A stretch of 34,615 bases of DNA from Neoconidiobolus thromboides FSU 785 (lineage: Eukaryota; Fungi; Entomophthoromycota), in NCBI GenBank assembly GCA_025603075.1, contig MU626461.1, positions 1-34,615 on the forward strand. The letters are read 5' to 3'. Made by a program: the position numbers and the translations under genes. Shown here one piece after another: positions 20,230-31,591 of this stretch; positions within the stretch are counted from its first letter, which is position 1, and every line of letters begins with the position of its first letter. The notes beneath the pieces are model-generated. The model saw only the letters and a list, made by a program, of their open reading frames with translations, ran no database searches and was not told the DNA's origin.

Positions 20230-21962
20230 ATGAAAGAGAAGCGAGCAACAAGAAAGAAAGTGAAGAGCTCACAAAACACTGATTGGAGTAAAGTAAGGTA
20301 TCCTACATGTCCAACTAAAAGAAAGTAGAAATAATGACATAAACTCTAGTGCTTCGCATTATGTAGGCTACGTTGAAGATGGAGAATCCATCGAAGCCAT
20401 TATGAAAAAGTTCGAAGAGTTAGATCGACTAAAGGAAGAAGTAACTTCAAAAAAGAGCAAAGTCCAAGAGGGCGAAGATTCGGAGCCCGAGGTTTATGGA
20501 TTAGCAAATCTTTTTGAACCTGAACCAAAGGTTAAATCTATACCTTCTGAAATCAAGGTAAATAATTTACACTTCGTTTTATGAGCATATTCAGTTTTAG
20601 TAGGAAAACGTTGAGCTATCTCAGGAACAGCTAGAAGAACTATTTGTAAGGACCTCAGTATTTACTTTAGAATCCGCTGCAGAGCAACTAGATCCTTTAT
20701 CAGAATGGTGGCAAATACAAGATAGTGAGTATAACTCTGAAATAGATATGGATGAGTAAGCAGTTTTCGAGCATGACTAATAATAAGCTGACTTTTATAG
20801 TGATTATATGGACTATGGAGATGATGAATGGGAGGAAGAGATTAGCTCCAAAACCAAACGAAGTAAATCAAGTAAAGGTACAAGAGGAGGGGTTAAGGAT
20901 CGAAGCAAACAAAGGGAGCTTGTTATGAGGAGATATAAAGAGAATCAGTTACAAGACAGCTCAGGAAATATGCTAGCCATGTTAAAAAAAGTTCAGCTTA
21001 CAGATCCCTCCTTACCTACTTATGTAAAGATACCCCCAGCACCTATCCCGTTGTCTTGGGCTCGTCGTATCACCCCGTTGTTTAGGCCAAAGGAGGAAGC
21101 TAGAAAGTAAAATTTTTACTATGCGGTATTATAGTTATTAATAAGGCTTAGTTTTAAAATAGATATTTTAAATGAGTTTGATAAAATCAAAAAATTAGGT
21201 AATGAATTTCAGGCCATCCTTATGGATCCACCGCTTTTGTTAGATGATGAAGAAATGAGTTTCAATACCTCACAGAGTCACCGTAAACCAATAAGAATGA
21301 AAGAATTTGTAATAGTTACTTTAGTTTATTGAGTAAAATATCTCATTTATTTAAATTATAGAAAAAATTGAGGATCCCAGAAATAATTAAATGTGGGTTT
21401 TTAATGATATGGATAGAAAAACATCATTTGAGTGAAATATTGAAACAATGCATCGAAGGGTGGAAATTTCGATATGTTGAAAATGTAGCTTGGGTTCACT
21501 ATAATTTAGATAACACCATTCATAAAAAAGATTCTAAAATACCACCCAAACTTCAGGATGAAAATGGTACTAAAGGATATTTTAAATCCTCAAAAACAAC
21601 TTTACTTATTTTCCGTATTGGTGGTGATATTGATATAAGACATCAAAGATCTCCTGATGTTATTTTTGATCATACAAGGCCAAGTTTGGATGAAGGTAAC
21701 CAAAGAATTCATTTCCCTGCTTTTTTGTTTTTTAAGCTATGTTTATTTAGATCCTTTTAACATTTATAAAGCTTGTAATCATCAACCTAAATTTATTTAT
21801 GACCTGATTGAAACCTTATTGCCAATACCAGTAGGGCATAAACATAATCAATCCCCGTTTAGGTTTCTAGAACTTTGGGCTTCTCCCTCCAGGTTCAAGA
21901 CGGCTACTACTCCTTGGATTTCGATTGTTAATCAAGAGCAATCTGCTGAAGATATTGAATAA
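20230..21962 (+). CDS. MT-A70 family protein, MTA9/AMT6-7-like subunit of the ApT DNA 6mA methyltransferase complex, multi-exon
   Basis: The spliced C-terminal half has FQAILMDPPL, LRIPEIIKCGFLMIWIEK, FRYVEN, GYFKSSKTTLLIFR, IRHQRSPDVIFD, IYDLIETLLP, FLELWAS and WISIV. This order matches recalled ciliate MTA9 motifs (GILFIWSEK, YIENF, YFKK...LLMFR, LRHQRTSDVVF, VYQMIETLLP, MMELFAS, WISV). Intron boundaries near 21107-21151 are inferred. Confidence 0.8.
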
Positions 21963-22604
21963 GTGATAATTCGTAAATTATAGAAAAAGATAAAAAGTTA
22001 GATAGGAAACACCTTTTTTAATTTTTATTTGAAGTTGTTAGAAATTATTCATAGAAAAATCATACTAAGTTATTTATGCAAATTAATAATATATGAAAAA
22101 GATTAATAACTAGATTGTAAATTTTTATTTTTTATAAAAATAGTATTAATAATAAATAAAGACGAAACAATTTGTAATAATTATTGTATCTTTTCGACCT
22201 GAATTTCATAAAAACCATTATATCATTATCTTGTTAAAACTGTTTGTGTTAATAACCATTTATAGTTCATATTAGTCATCTACTGAATTGATTTGAAATA
22301 TTTTCCATGTTTCACCCTTTGATTAAATTCATAAACTTTTTAACATTATATTTCCATATTATCTTATTTCCCTATTATACTATCGTTTCATATAATTCGT
22401 TTCATGCCTTTTTATTTTGATTAATTTATTTCAGTATTCAACATTCCATCTAATTTCAAAATCAAAACAAAACCTAAAAAAAATCCAAAATAATTTCGAA
22501 ATAGATTTACTTGACTTAAATATTCTTTTTTAATACTTTTACTTAACCATTTTGGTTACTTTATTAAGCATTGGTGCAGACAATAGGTTTAAGCAGATTC
22601 GGCT

Positions 22605-23186
22605 TTAACTACTTGCTTTTTAGCAGCAGTACCTAAAAAAAACTGTCAAAAACATTTCCTTTATTAATAATGATGTTTTACCTTCACGGAATCCATTTCT
22701 GAAACGTTGGTAAACGGAACGGAGATGGCTCATACGGCCAGTACCGGTAGTCTTTCTACGTTTAGCTTTTTCGCTCCAGTTGACTAAATAAAAATCAATC
22801 TCCATCCTTAATTTCAATTCTGAATTAAATAACTTACATTTACGGATTTTAGCACTTGGGTAACCGCAAGAAGCACAAGTCTTCTTTTGGTTGTGGAAAG
22901 CACGATGTCCACAACGGCGGCAAATGGTGTGTGATTTAGTGTGACGTTTACCAAAACTAGAAGTACCCTTAGTCTGTACAATTCAATACATTTTTAGTTT
23001 ATTATTCCAGTAACAAAAATATTTTTATAATGTCTATCATAATAGAATCTGCTTCGTTTTATATCTTTATAAGTCCATTTGAATACTGATTCTCATAGTA
23101 TTTGAATACTTTTTTATATCGTTTAAAAGCCGGATTTTATTAAAGTTGACGATTCTTTTATATTGAGGTTAAATAAAACCTACCAT
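22605..23186 (-). CDS. RPL37: 60S ribosomal protein L37 (eL37), 4 exons, first exon is ATG only
   Basis: ATG|GTAGGT at 23186, 210-nt intron 22974-23183, then [45 protein letters not shown]|[18 protein letters not shown]. Confidence 0.96.
23028..23156 (-). ncRNA. Candidate intronic box H/ACA snoRNA in RPL37 intron 1
   Basis: About 130 nt. Stem ATCGT/ACGAT is followed by ATAAAA (ANANNA, 23117-23112), then a second stem CTAT..AGAATC/GATTCT..ATAG directly followed by ACA (23033-23031). The host intron is ~4x the local intron length. Folding is weak and the context is AT-rich. Confidence 0.25.
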
Positions 23187-25653
23187 TGTGATGGATGTAG
23201 TTTCGCTACTTTGTTATTAACAATGTGGGAACAGAGAGATTTTATTCATAACCTTCTTAATCATTTTTTGTAAATTGGCTTTTTTGAAATTTGGATTTTG
23301 CTTCTGTAGGATATATAATTGTTTTAATTCGTTCATTTTAAATTTTTAGCAAATTAAATAGATTTTAAATTGTTTATCTTCAATTGTAATAAAATGTAAA
23401 ATTTTATATTATAATCAAAGTACTTTGGATTTCTTAAAATATGATATTATACCATTTAATAAGAATCAAATTACAATAATGAAATTTAATATAGATCGAC
23501 TTCCAACTTGTTGTAGATTTACTTATTACATTTAGTATTATGATAAACTCCTAACAAAATAAATTCGAAAGCATTTTTTAGTATTATATTGTCCATTTTT
23601 CATAAAAATAAAATTCCAAAAATCTGTAACTACAAGTTATAAATGCTTTCTACAATAACTTGTTAAATAGTAATATCTAGAACAAAAACCAAAGTTAATA
23701 TGTATAATTCTGGAACAACTGGAATACTTATCCTATTAGAAATACTGCTTGATAATATTTATAACACTATTGAAAGCTAGATAGACTACTACAATCTTTT
23801 CGAAAAGTTTATTTAAAACGAGAAATCATTGATCATTAATAAAACTGATTATGTTCTTATTCATCTTAGTATACACCACGTAATTAGTAATAATAGTAAA
23901 AATCATCACATATGCGAGAGAATGACCGTTTATTTATAGCTAAAGAGCATATTTATTAAATTGGATCAGGTTTAAAAATACTTATAAGGATAAAACTATG
24001 AAGCTTGTAAGAAAATAACATAAGCTATAAGAAATGCTATAATTTTTAGAAATAACTTCTAAACAACATTTATTAAGATTATACTCAAGAACTATTATAC
24101 TAAAACGCTTATTCATTATAGTAGAATACCGTAATTTAGTATGAGTTTAGTATATTCTTACCTCAAAGGACAGCATTTTATTCATAATCAAAAATAAAAT
24201 ATAATAATGTTAAGTGAGCTGTTTATTGGAACAAAAAGGAATCATCAAAAAGGCATGTGTTAAAGCTAAGACACTGTCAAGGAATTTACATCACATTTTA
24301 GATTTAAATAATGTACAGGGACTAGATATAATTTGCTTAAACTTTAAAAAAAATGTAAAATTAACAGCAAAGTAACTAACCTGAAAGTAGCTGGATATAT
24401 GTTTTGGTTTAACGTTATTACCTTAATGTTTATTAATATTAATAATAAAGTTAATACGGATATTAACATTTAAGTTATAATATTTAGATTAGATTAGATA
24501 GATTATTAATTTTTATTTTATTTTTGCTGTTGCTATAGCTATTTAAAAATATGACAAAAGGTGCTCTAATCTTATAATTTTTTTAAGATTAAATCCTTGG
24601 AGCAATGTTTATTGTGATAAAAAGGAGAAGAGAACCAGACCGTATTACTGACCCATTTACAGGGACCAAGTGATACAATTAGAAGTGAAAGTGTTTATAT
24701 CAAAAAAGTTTTTGTGAAGGATTATTTTACATTTTTTCAATTACCTTTTAAGTCTTAAATTAGAAATTCATATACATTTGTTATTTGATTTATTGAAAGT
24801 ATATCAAAATAGCAATAATAAACAAAGTGACTAACTTTAGGATTTATTAAATTCAGCTCATATGTGTTAAATGTTATTTAACCAAGTTTTTTATTTTAGT
24901 AAACTTTATAGATATTCAAATTAAAAAAACGAGATCTAAAGTAATATTTGATTAAATATATTTAAACTTATTAGTATTATAATATAACAACATGTCTTAT
25001 TTAAATAATTTAAGATAACAAAATAAAATAACAAGACGGAAATTGACATATTATAAATGCCTTAAGCCGCATATGGTATCATAAAATGGTATCATAAAGA
25101 AATTTGAAATTTTTATAAAAATTTATGTAACAAAAATTAATTTAACGCTAACTTTTAAACTTAAATTATATATTGAAGTTCTTAATCGAGAAAGTTGACA
25201 TAAATATACTTATTTTATGAGATGTTGTAATGTATAATTTGTGTCTTTTTGGAAACGAATATAGCTAACTATAAGGAAAAGTATCTAGTTTAAAAATGGA
25301 ATTTTAAATTTGATTTTAAAATCTTATTAGCTAATATTACTTTTGTAATAGAATATTAAATATCATAAACACCTAACAATATCATACTTTTTATTTAAAA
25401 GACTATAATGTTTTATTATCGACAATAAGCATTTTATTATTAATATTTCATTAATAATCAAATATTAAAATCGAATAAATAAACTTCATAATTAAAATCT
25501 CCACAAATTAAGTCAATTTACAAATTTCTAACCAAACTGTAAATCGAATAACTCAGGGATAAACATTAATGGGTTAGTTATAATCACAATCGAAAAATTT
25601 GTGTAGCTAAATTTTCTTCCCTAACTTCTATTTTCACTTTTCAATTTTTTAAA

Positions 25654-26630
25654 ATGAATTTACTTCACGACAGTTATCTACTCAAAGGAGGCATACTTAC
25701 TATTGTCCTCCAGTTGTTTTTTTTCTTTATAGCTTATACATTTCAAATTGATTTACTTACCGATTTCGGTGGGTCTTCAAATTTTGTAATTTTGGCTATT
25801 TTATCTTATTTACAAACTAAACATCACCCATTGCGCTCAACAATTATAACTGCTTGTGTTATTGTTTGGGGTTTAAGATTAGGATGTAAGTTATATTATT
25901 TAATTATTTAAGTCTAATATTTATACGATACTTATTAATCCTTTTAGTCTTTTTATTCTACCGTATTGTTCATACAGGAAAAGATGATCGATTTGATACC
26001 ATGCGTTCAGACTTTAAAAGATTTTCAAAATTTTGGATAGCTCAAATGGTATGGGTTTATATAGTTTCCTTGCCTTGTGTCCTCACTAATGCTAAACTAT
26101 ATAAAAACCAAAGCAAGTTTGGTAATCCATTAGACATCATTGGATTAACTTTCTTCGTGGTTGGATTGTTAGTTGAAATTATAGCCGATTACCAACGTTT
26201 TCAATTTATTTTTCAACGACAAAGTAAATTACAAGTATTAAACTCAGGATTATGGTACTATTCCCGTCATCCCAATTACTTTGGTGAAATCATGTTATGG
26301 TGGGGTATTTTTATTATATCTTTATCCTCAAGCCCTTACTTCTATATCGGTATATTAAGTCCTATTTTAACTATGTTTTTGTTATTAAAACTAAGTGGTA
26401 TTCCAAAATCGGAACCTCAAAAAGATCAATTGATTCAGTCTAAGGGTACGGAAGAACAAAAGAAGGAATATGAGAATTATTTAAATAGAACTTCTCCATT
26501 GATCATGTTACCTCCTAGTGTGTACCAGAATATCCCATTGGATTTGAAGCAGAAGTTTTTTTTTGAATTGAAATCGTATAGATTTAATAGGGATAGTGAA
26601 CCTTTGCTCAATTCTCAACAAGGAGAGTGA
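25654..26630 (+). CDS. DUF1295 / steroid 5-alpha-reductase-like integral membrane protein, paralog 1 (2 exons)
   Basis: Intron 25886-25947. Motifs TDFGG, WGLRLG|FFLFYRI..TGKDDRFD, WIAQMVWV, SGLWYYSRHPNYFGE and SGIP..E. Confidence 0.9.
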
Positions 26631-27113
26631 TGTTATTGGTATAATAAACTAGCATTTTAATTTTATATTAGTTTTCTTTAAATTTATAGTTAATAATAAC
26701 ATAATACTGTTTATTGAATCTAATAAGACGCATCAATGATTAATAATATAATAGTTACATTATAAAATATCATTGTTTTTGGTTTAATGTAAAATTTTGA
26801 TTATTTAATAATTATACAGTTTTTTTCTAATAAAACTCCACACTTCTTAACTAAACTTGAACTAATTCGGTTTTAGAGAAGCTATGACATCATTTTTAAA
26901 TTCAGCTTAATATTCAAGTCAAATTGAATCGAACTTCTGGCAACTTAAGATTAGCCAGTGTATAAAATTTAACGATCTTGACTTGGGAGTGTGTTTAAGA
27001 TCGAAAAAAGTCATATGCCTTTAAAACAAAAAAAGAATATAAAAAGACTATCAACCTAATCAATTATGTAAAAAAGAAATTATAATTTTAAATTAATAAT
27101 ATTAACAAACAAC

Positions 27114-28028
27114 ATGATTTTACTTGAAAATACCAACTTAGCTTTAACAGCTATTATTACAATAGTTATGCAACTTATTTTCTTTTTTATTGCTTATGCT
27201 TTTCAATTTGATAAAGTGACCGACTTCGCTGGTTGTACTAATTTTATACTATTGGCTGTAGTTACTTTTTCTACTACTGAAGAATATAAGCCAAGATCTA
27301 TTGCTATTACTATATTAGTTATCTTATGGGGACTACGAATTGCGGGGTTTTTATTAAATCGAATCTTAAAAACTGGTAAAGATGATCGCTTTGATGAAAT
27401 GCGTGAGAATTTTTTTAAATTTTTAGGCTTCTGGGTATTTCAAATGATTTGGGTATTTATTGTATCTATACCATGTACACTAATCAATAGCCCAATTTAT
27501 TCAAAACAAGAAGATTTTGGTAATGCTTTAGATATCATTGGTATTATTTTATTTTGTATTGGACTTGTTATAGAAGCTATTGCCGATCAACAGAAGTTCA
27601 AATTTAATAATAATCGTAAGGATAGGTTAGATATAATGAATTCAGGTCTTTGGTATTATTCTAGACATCCCAATTATTTTGGTGAAATTGTATGTTGGTG
27701 GGGTATCTTTTTATTAAGTTTAGGTACCTTGGTTTATGCTAATGATCAATCCACTATATGGGCAGGTATTTTATCGCCTTTATTAACGATGTGTTTATTA
27801 TTATTTTTATCTGGTATTCCACAATCAGAGCCAGGGAAAGATAGAAAAATGTTGGAAAAGGGAAGTTCAGAACAAAAACAAGAATATTTCAAATATTTAA
27901 ATTCCACTTCTCCTGTTATCCCCTTACCACCTACTGTTTATTCAAATATTCCTATGTTTCTTAAACGTATTTTCTTTTTTGAATTTCCATTTTATAGGTT
28001 CAAAGAAGTTCAAACTCCATTAATTTAA
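27114..28028 (+). CDS. DUF1295 / steroid 5-alpha-reductase-like integral membrane protein, paralog 2 (intronless)
   Basis: 304-aa ORF with DKVTDFAG, WGLRIAGFLLNRILKTGKDDRFDEMR, SGLWYYSRHPNYFGE and SGIPQSE. Confidence 0.92.
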   Translation: MILLENTNLALTAIITIVMQLIFFFIAYAFQFDKVTDFAGCTNFILLAVVTFSTTEEYKPRSIAITILVILWGLRIAGFLLNRILKTGKDDRFDEMRENFFKFLGFWVFQMIWVFIVSIPCTLINSPIYSKQEDFGNALDIIGIILFCIGLVIEAIADQQKFKFNNNRKDRLDIMNSGLWYYSRHPNYFGEIVCWWGIFLLSLGTLVYANDQSTIWAGILSPLLTMCLLLFLSGIPQSEPGKDRKMLEKGSSEQKQEYFKYLNSTSPVIPLPPTVYSNIPMFLKRIFFFEFPFYRFKEVQTPLI

Positions 28029-28165
28029 TAAGATGATTATATAATATTGTAATATAAATATTTTTTAAATAAATTTTATAAAAAAAATAAGAGTATAATA
28101 TTTAGATATCAATTAATAATTTTCTATATATTTTTTTCTATATTAATAAAACGGAGTTATAAAAC

Positions 28166-28981
28166 TTATTCTTTGGCAAAGGATAATTTATCTTCAAATA
28201 TTAGTTTTTGAACCTATATATAATATTTGTCAGATATATTAATTATACATAATATAAGCTTACCTCTTCTTTAATAGTTTTATCTATAAACTCATTTTCT
28301 AATTTTTTATTTTCTTTTTTAACTTTTTTCTCAACTTTAGAAATTAATTTTGATAATACTAAACTTTTTTTCTATAATAAAATAAATCAATTCTCATCCT
28401 CCCATTTAATTTCAATAGTATCCTTACCTTATCAATCACTTCTTTTAATACTTTAATAATAACTTCATTATCATCTAATTTACTTTTCTTTTCTTCTTTC
28501 TTAACTTCAGTTTCATTTTTACGTTTATTATTTGAGGCATCTTTAACTTCTTCTTTTATCTCATCATTAAAAGTAATTTTATTTCCTTTACTATGTCCAT
28601 TATTGTTCCCATTTCCCATATTTTTTCCATTTCCATTACCACCATGTCCATTATGGCTACCCTAAATTTAAAAAAGAGTATTAGCATTACATTCTACTCA
28701 TCAACCTCTCCTTCTTTCCCCTCACTTACTTTTTTATACAAAGCTTTTTGATATTTTTCAGCTTCAGAGATACATTGGGTATGTTGTTTATAATCATTAT
28801 TATAAAAATCAGTATTACAATCAATACAAGTAAAATTAGCTTGACGACAACGATAGGTATGAGGTTCGAGCTTTGGTTTTTTTAAGGTTTCTTGACAAGC
28901 ATTGCAAACTGATGGGAAGAATAAGGTTAGTATGAGTGATAAGAGTATATGAGAGGATTATATATTACCAAAGGAGACCAT
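28166..28981 (-). CDS. LYAR-type C2HC zinc-finger nucleolar protein, 5 exons
   Basis: MVSF|VCNACQETLKKPKLEPHTYRC...FTCIDC..DF...YKQHTQCISEAEKYQ is the LYAR zinc-finger signature. It is followed by a G/N-rich and K/E-rich tail. Confidence 0.9.
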
Positions 28982-29224
28982 TTTTTTGAAGTAGAATCGG
29001 GAAATGAAAAAGAGAATTTGAATAATTTTGAGATTTAAATTAGAGTGGTTTCCAAATTAAAATTAGATTTCACAAGAATAAAAATTTGATAATAAAAATA
29101 AATCAAAAAAATATTAAAATCAAAATAAATTTATTATCATTATATCAATATAAATTCATTTATAAATAAACGAATAACTCTAAATTCAACCCCAAGAGTG
29201 TCCATTCCTATCATTTAATCTCTT

Positions 29225-30142
29225 TTAAGCATACATAGCTTCTTCTAGTTTCTTTACTTTTTCTTTATCCTCATTAGTCCCCAATGGCTTATTAGGAATA
29301 TCAGGTAAATCTAATCAAATCATCAATATTAGAACCACAGACCAACAATAAAGAATCCTTACCTAATTCTACCTTAATTTCCGTTTCTGGTTTGACTGGT
29401 ACTTCTGGTAAGCTTTGTTTAACTTCTTGTATGACTTGGTCTTCCAATTTTGATAATTCTGATAATAAATCATCATCATCAATAATACCCATATTTTCGC
29501 TTAACAAATTGGATATCTCCTACACAAAAGGTAATAATTATTAGTAAAAAAAAGTTGAAGTAAAAAAAGAGAGTTGATTAAGCTAATAGACTTACTTCTT
29601 GTGATTGAATTGCATCTTTGACATCATCCATTATCCTTTCTACTTCATGAATTGGCATTTCAGATTGTATTCTTATTAAAGCGTCTTTTCCAGCTTCTAA
29701 ACTTTGAAGTACTTTTACCTCTAATTGAGACATTTCTATATTATCAATCTAAAAATGGGATTAAGTGAATATAAAAATACGATATGAGTAATAGTAGGGC
29801 TTACCAGTGTTTTTAAATTAAGTAATGAGGCCGTGGAGTTTTCCAACATGTTGTCAAGGGTTTTTTTATATTTTAGTAATTGAATAGCTTTCACTTTGTC
29901 TTTTTTTTCCAATTCCGAACGGATTAACTTGCTTTGTAAACTGATTTTACTTTCTAACTAAAACAAACATTAATAAAAATATTAATATCCATTATTACAT
30001 ATTGTTTACTCAATTAATATATTATTTTTGAGCTTACATTTTTATTGAACTGCCTTAATTCTCTACATTTTCCTTTCATATCGATTAATGTAGTATCATT
30101 TTTATCGATCTTTATTGTATTTTTACTACCTAAATTGCCCAT
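29225..30142 (-). CDS. VPS20: ESCRT-III Snf7-family protein Vps20/CHMP6
   Basis: N-myristoylation-type start MGNLGS. Helical Snf7 core (IDNIEMSQLEVKVLQSLEAGKDAL...VERIMDD...EISNLLS..DDDDLLSEL) and C-terminal LPEVP/LPDIP MIM2-like motifs. Confidence 0.85.
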
Positions 30143-30331
30143 TTTATAAATTTAAATTAAAAATTAAAAGTTAGTTGAAAAAATAAAACTGGATTTTTAT
30201 CAAGTTAATTCTTTAGCCAATCAATTAAATATTATTTAGTTAAATTCAACCATTAAACCAATAGTTTCATTATTGTTTGTTTTATTTTCTATTTTATTTT
30301 ATTGAATTTTATTTTTATACGACATCACGCT
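30143..30331. promoter_or_regulatory. Compact bidirectional promoter between VPS20 and TAF9
   Basis: 189 bp separate the divergent start codons. CCAAT boxes at 30217 and 30258. Confidence 0.5.
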
Positions 30332-31153
30332 ATGTCTTCCCCACCACCAAACAATCAAGATTTAACAGAAGCCAATGATTTGGTAGGGAAAAAACGCAAA
30401 TTATATGAACAACCTATTTATGATTCATTAAAACGAAAAGCGTTGCCTAGGAATGCACAATGTATTTCGGTAATACTAAAATCATTTGGTATAACGGATG
30501 TAGAACCTAATGTTATTTATCAACTTCAAGAATTTGCTCATCGTAAGTACTTTTCTTTATTTATAAAACAAAATCGATAAATTTTTGTTTTTAATCTATA
30601 AATACTAATACCAATTCTTTATCTTTTAGGTTATACTACGGACATTCTCTCAGATGCACAGGTTTTTAGTGAGCATTGTGGTCGTAGTACCATCAACAAA
30701 TCGGATATTGTAGAGTCCATTTCTTCCCGTCTCCATCACTCTTTCTCTGGTCCACCAAATCAAGAATTTTTACGAGAATTAGCTAACAAAACGAATAGTA
30801 AACCATTGCCTATTATTCATGAAAAATTTGGTACCCGATTACCAAAAGAAAAATATTGTTTAACAGCAACCAATTTTCAAATATTACCAGATGTTATAGG
30901 CGCAATTGGAAAGGAAAAGGAGGATAGAATGGGATATATGGCTGCAATGAAGGAAAAGGAAAAAGAGAAAGATATGGGGTTAGCGGATTTAGAAATGGTG
31001 GATAAAACAGTGAATGAAGTCATCGAACAACAGAACAGAAGTGAGAAAGAAAAGGAATTGGGGGAAGTAGTGGTCAAAAAAGAGGAAATGGAGAGGTTAC
31101 AGAGTGTTGAAGGGGTAGAGCATGAAGAAGATGTTTTTGAAGAGGTGGAATAA
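30332..31153 (+). CDS. TAF9: TFIID/SAGA subunit TAF9, 2 exons
   Basis: Intron 30543-30629. Histone-fold motifs LPRNA..I..IL...G....EP.V..QL.EFAHRYTTDILSDA..FSEH, GPP..EFL.ELA...NSKPLP and G.RLP.EKYCLTA.NF. Confidence 0.93.
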
Positions 31154-31591
31154 ATTTAAGTTTTTATTTGGCTATTAAGTTTTCATAAATAATATTCATA
31201 TACTATTATTTTTACGTAGGAGAAAGGAGTTTTATAATAATATTTTAATTTTTGAAATCTCTTTATAAAAAAACAAACTAAGATTTATTTTAAAATCGTT
31301 TTATAAAATAAATTAACAGAATTGTTTAAACAAGATAAATACTATATATTAGCATATAAAGTATTTTTGTTTTAATATTGTTAATTCTATTAATAACATT
31401 TTAATAAATTATCAATTAATCAAATGTTTTCATGAAAAACTTCCATTTCAAATATTTCTAAGAACAGCAATAAATTAAAATGACAAAATTGAAATCTAAC
31501 ACTCAATGATAGGTTGCAAGTATAAAACCTTAGTTAAAGCTTATTTCAAACCAATTTTCAATTAAAGATCTAATTTTTATATTAAAATAAG

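Noticed and set aside
7621-21962. Link between the MITE's ATAT target and ApT 6mA written by the MTA9-containing complex
   Set aside because: ATAT is very common in this AT-rich DNA and nothing in the sequence links the two.
23200-25650. 2.4-kb intergenic stretch between RPL37 and DUF1295
   Set aside because: I found no coherent spliced ORF, repeat or RNA motif by eye, only a short TTAGA microsatellite near 24485.
939-28028. Possible sterol/lipid gene cluster (MAPR, CBR1, DUF1295 pair)
   Set aside because: The genes are scattered among unrelated housekeeping genes, so co-location is probably coincidental.
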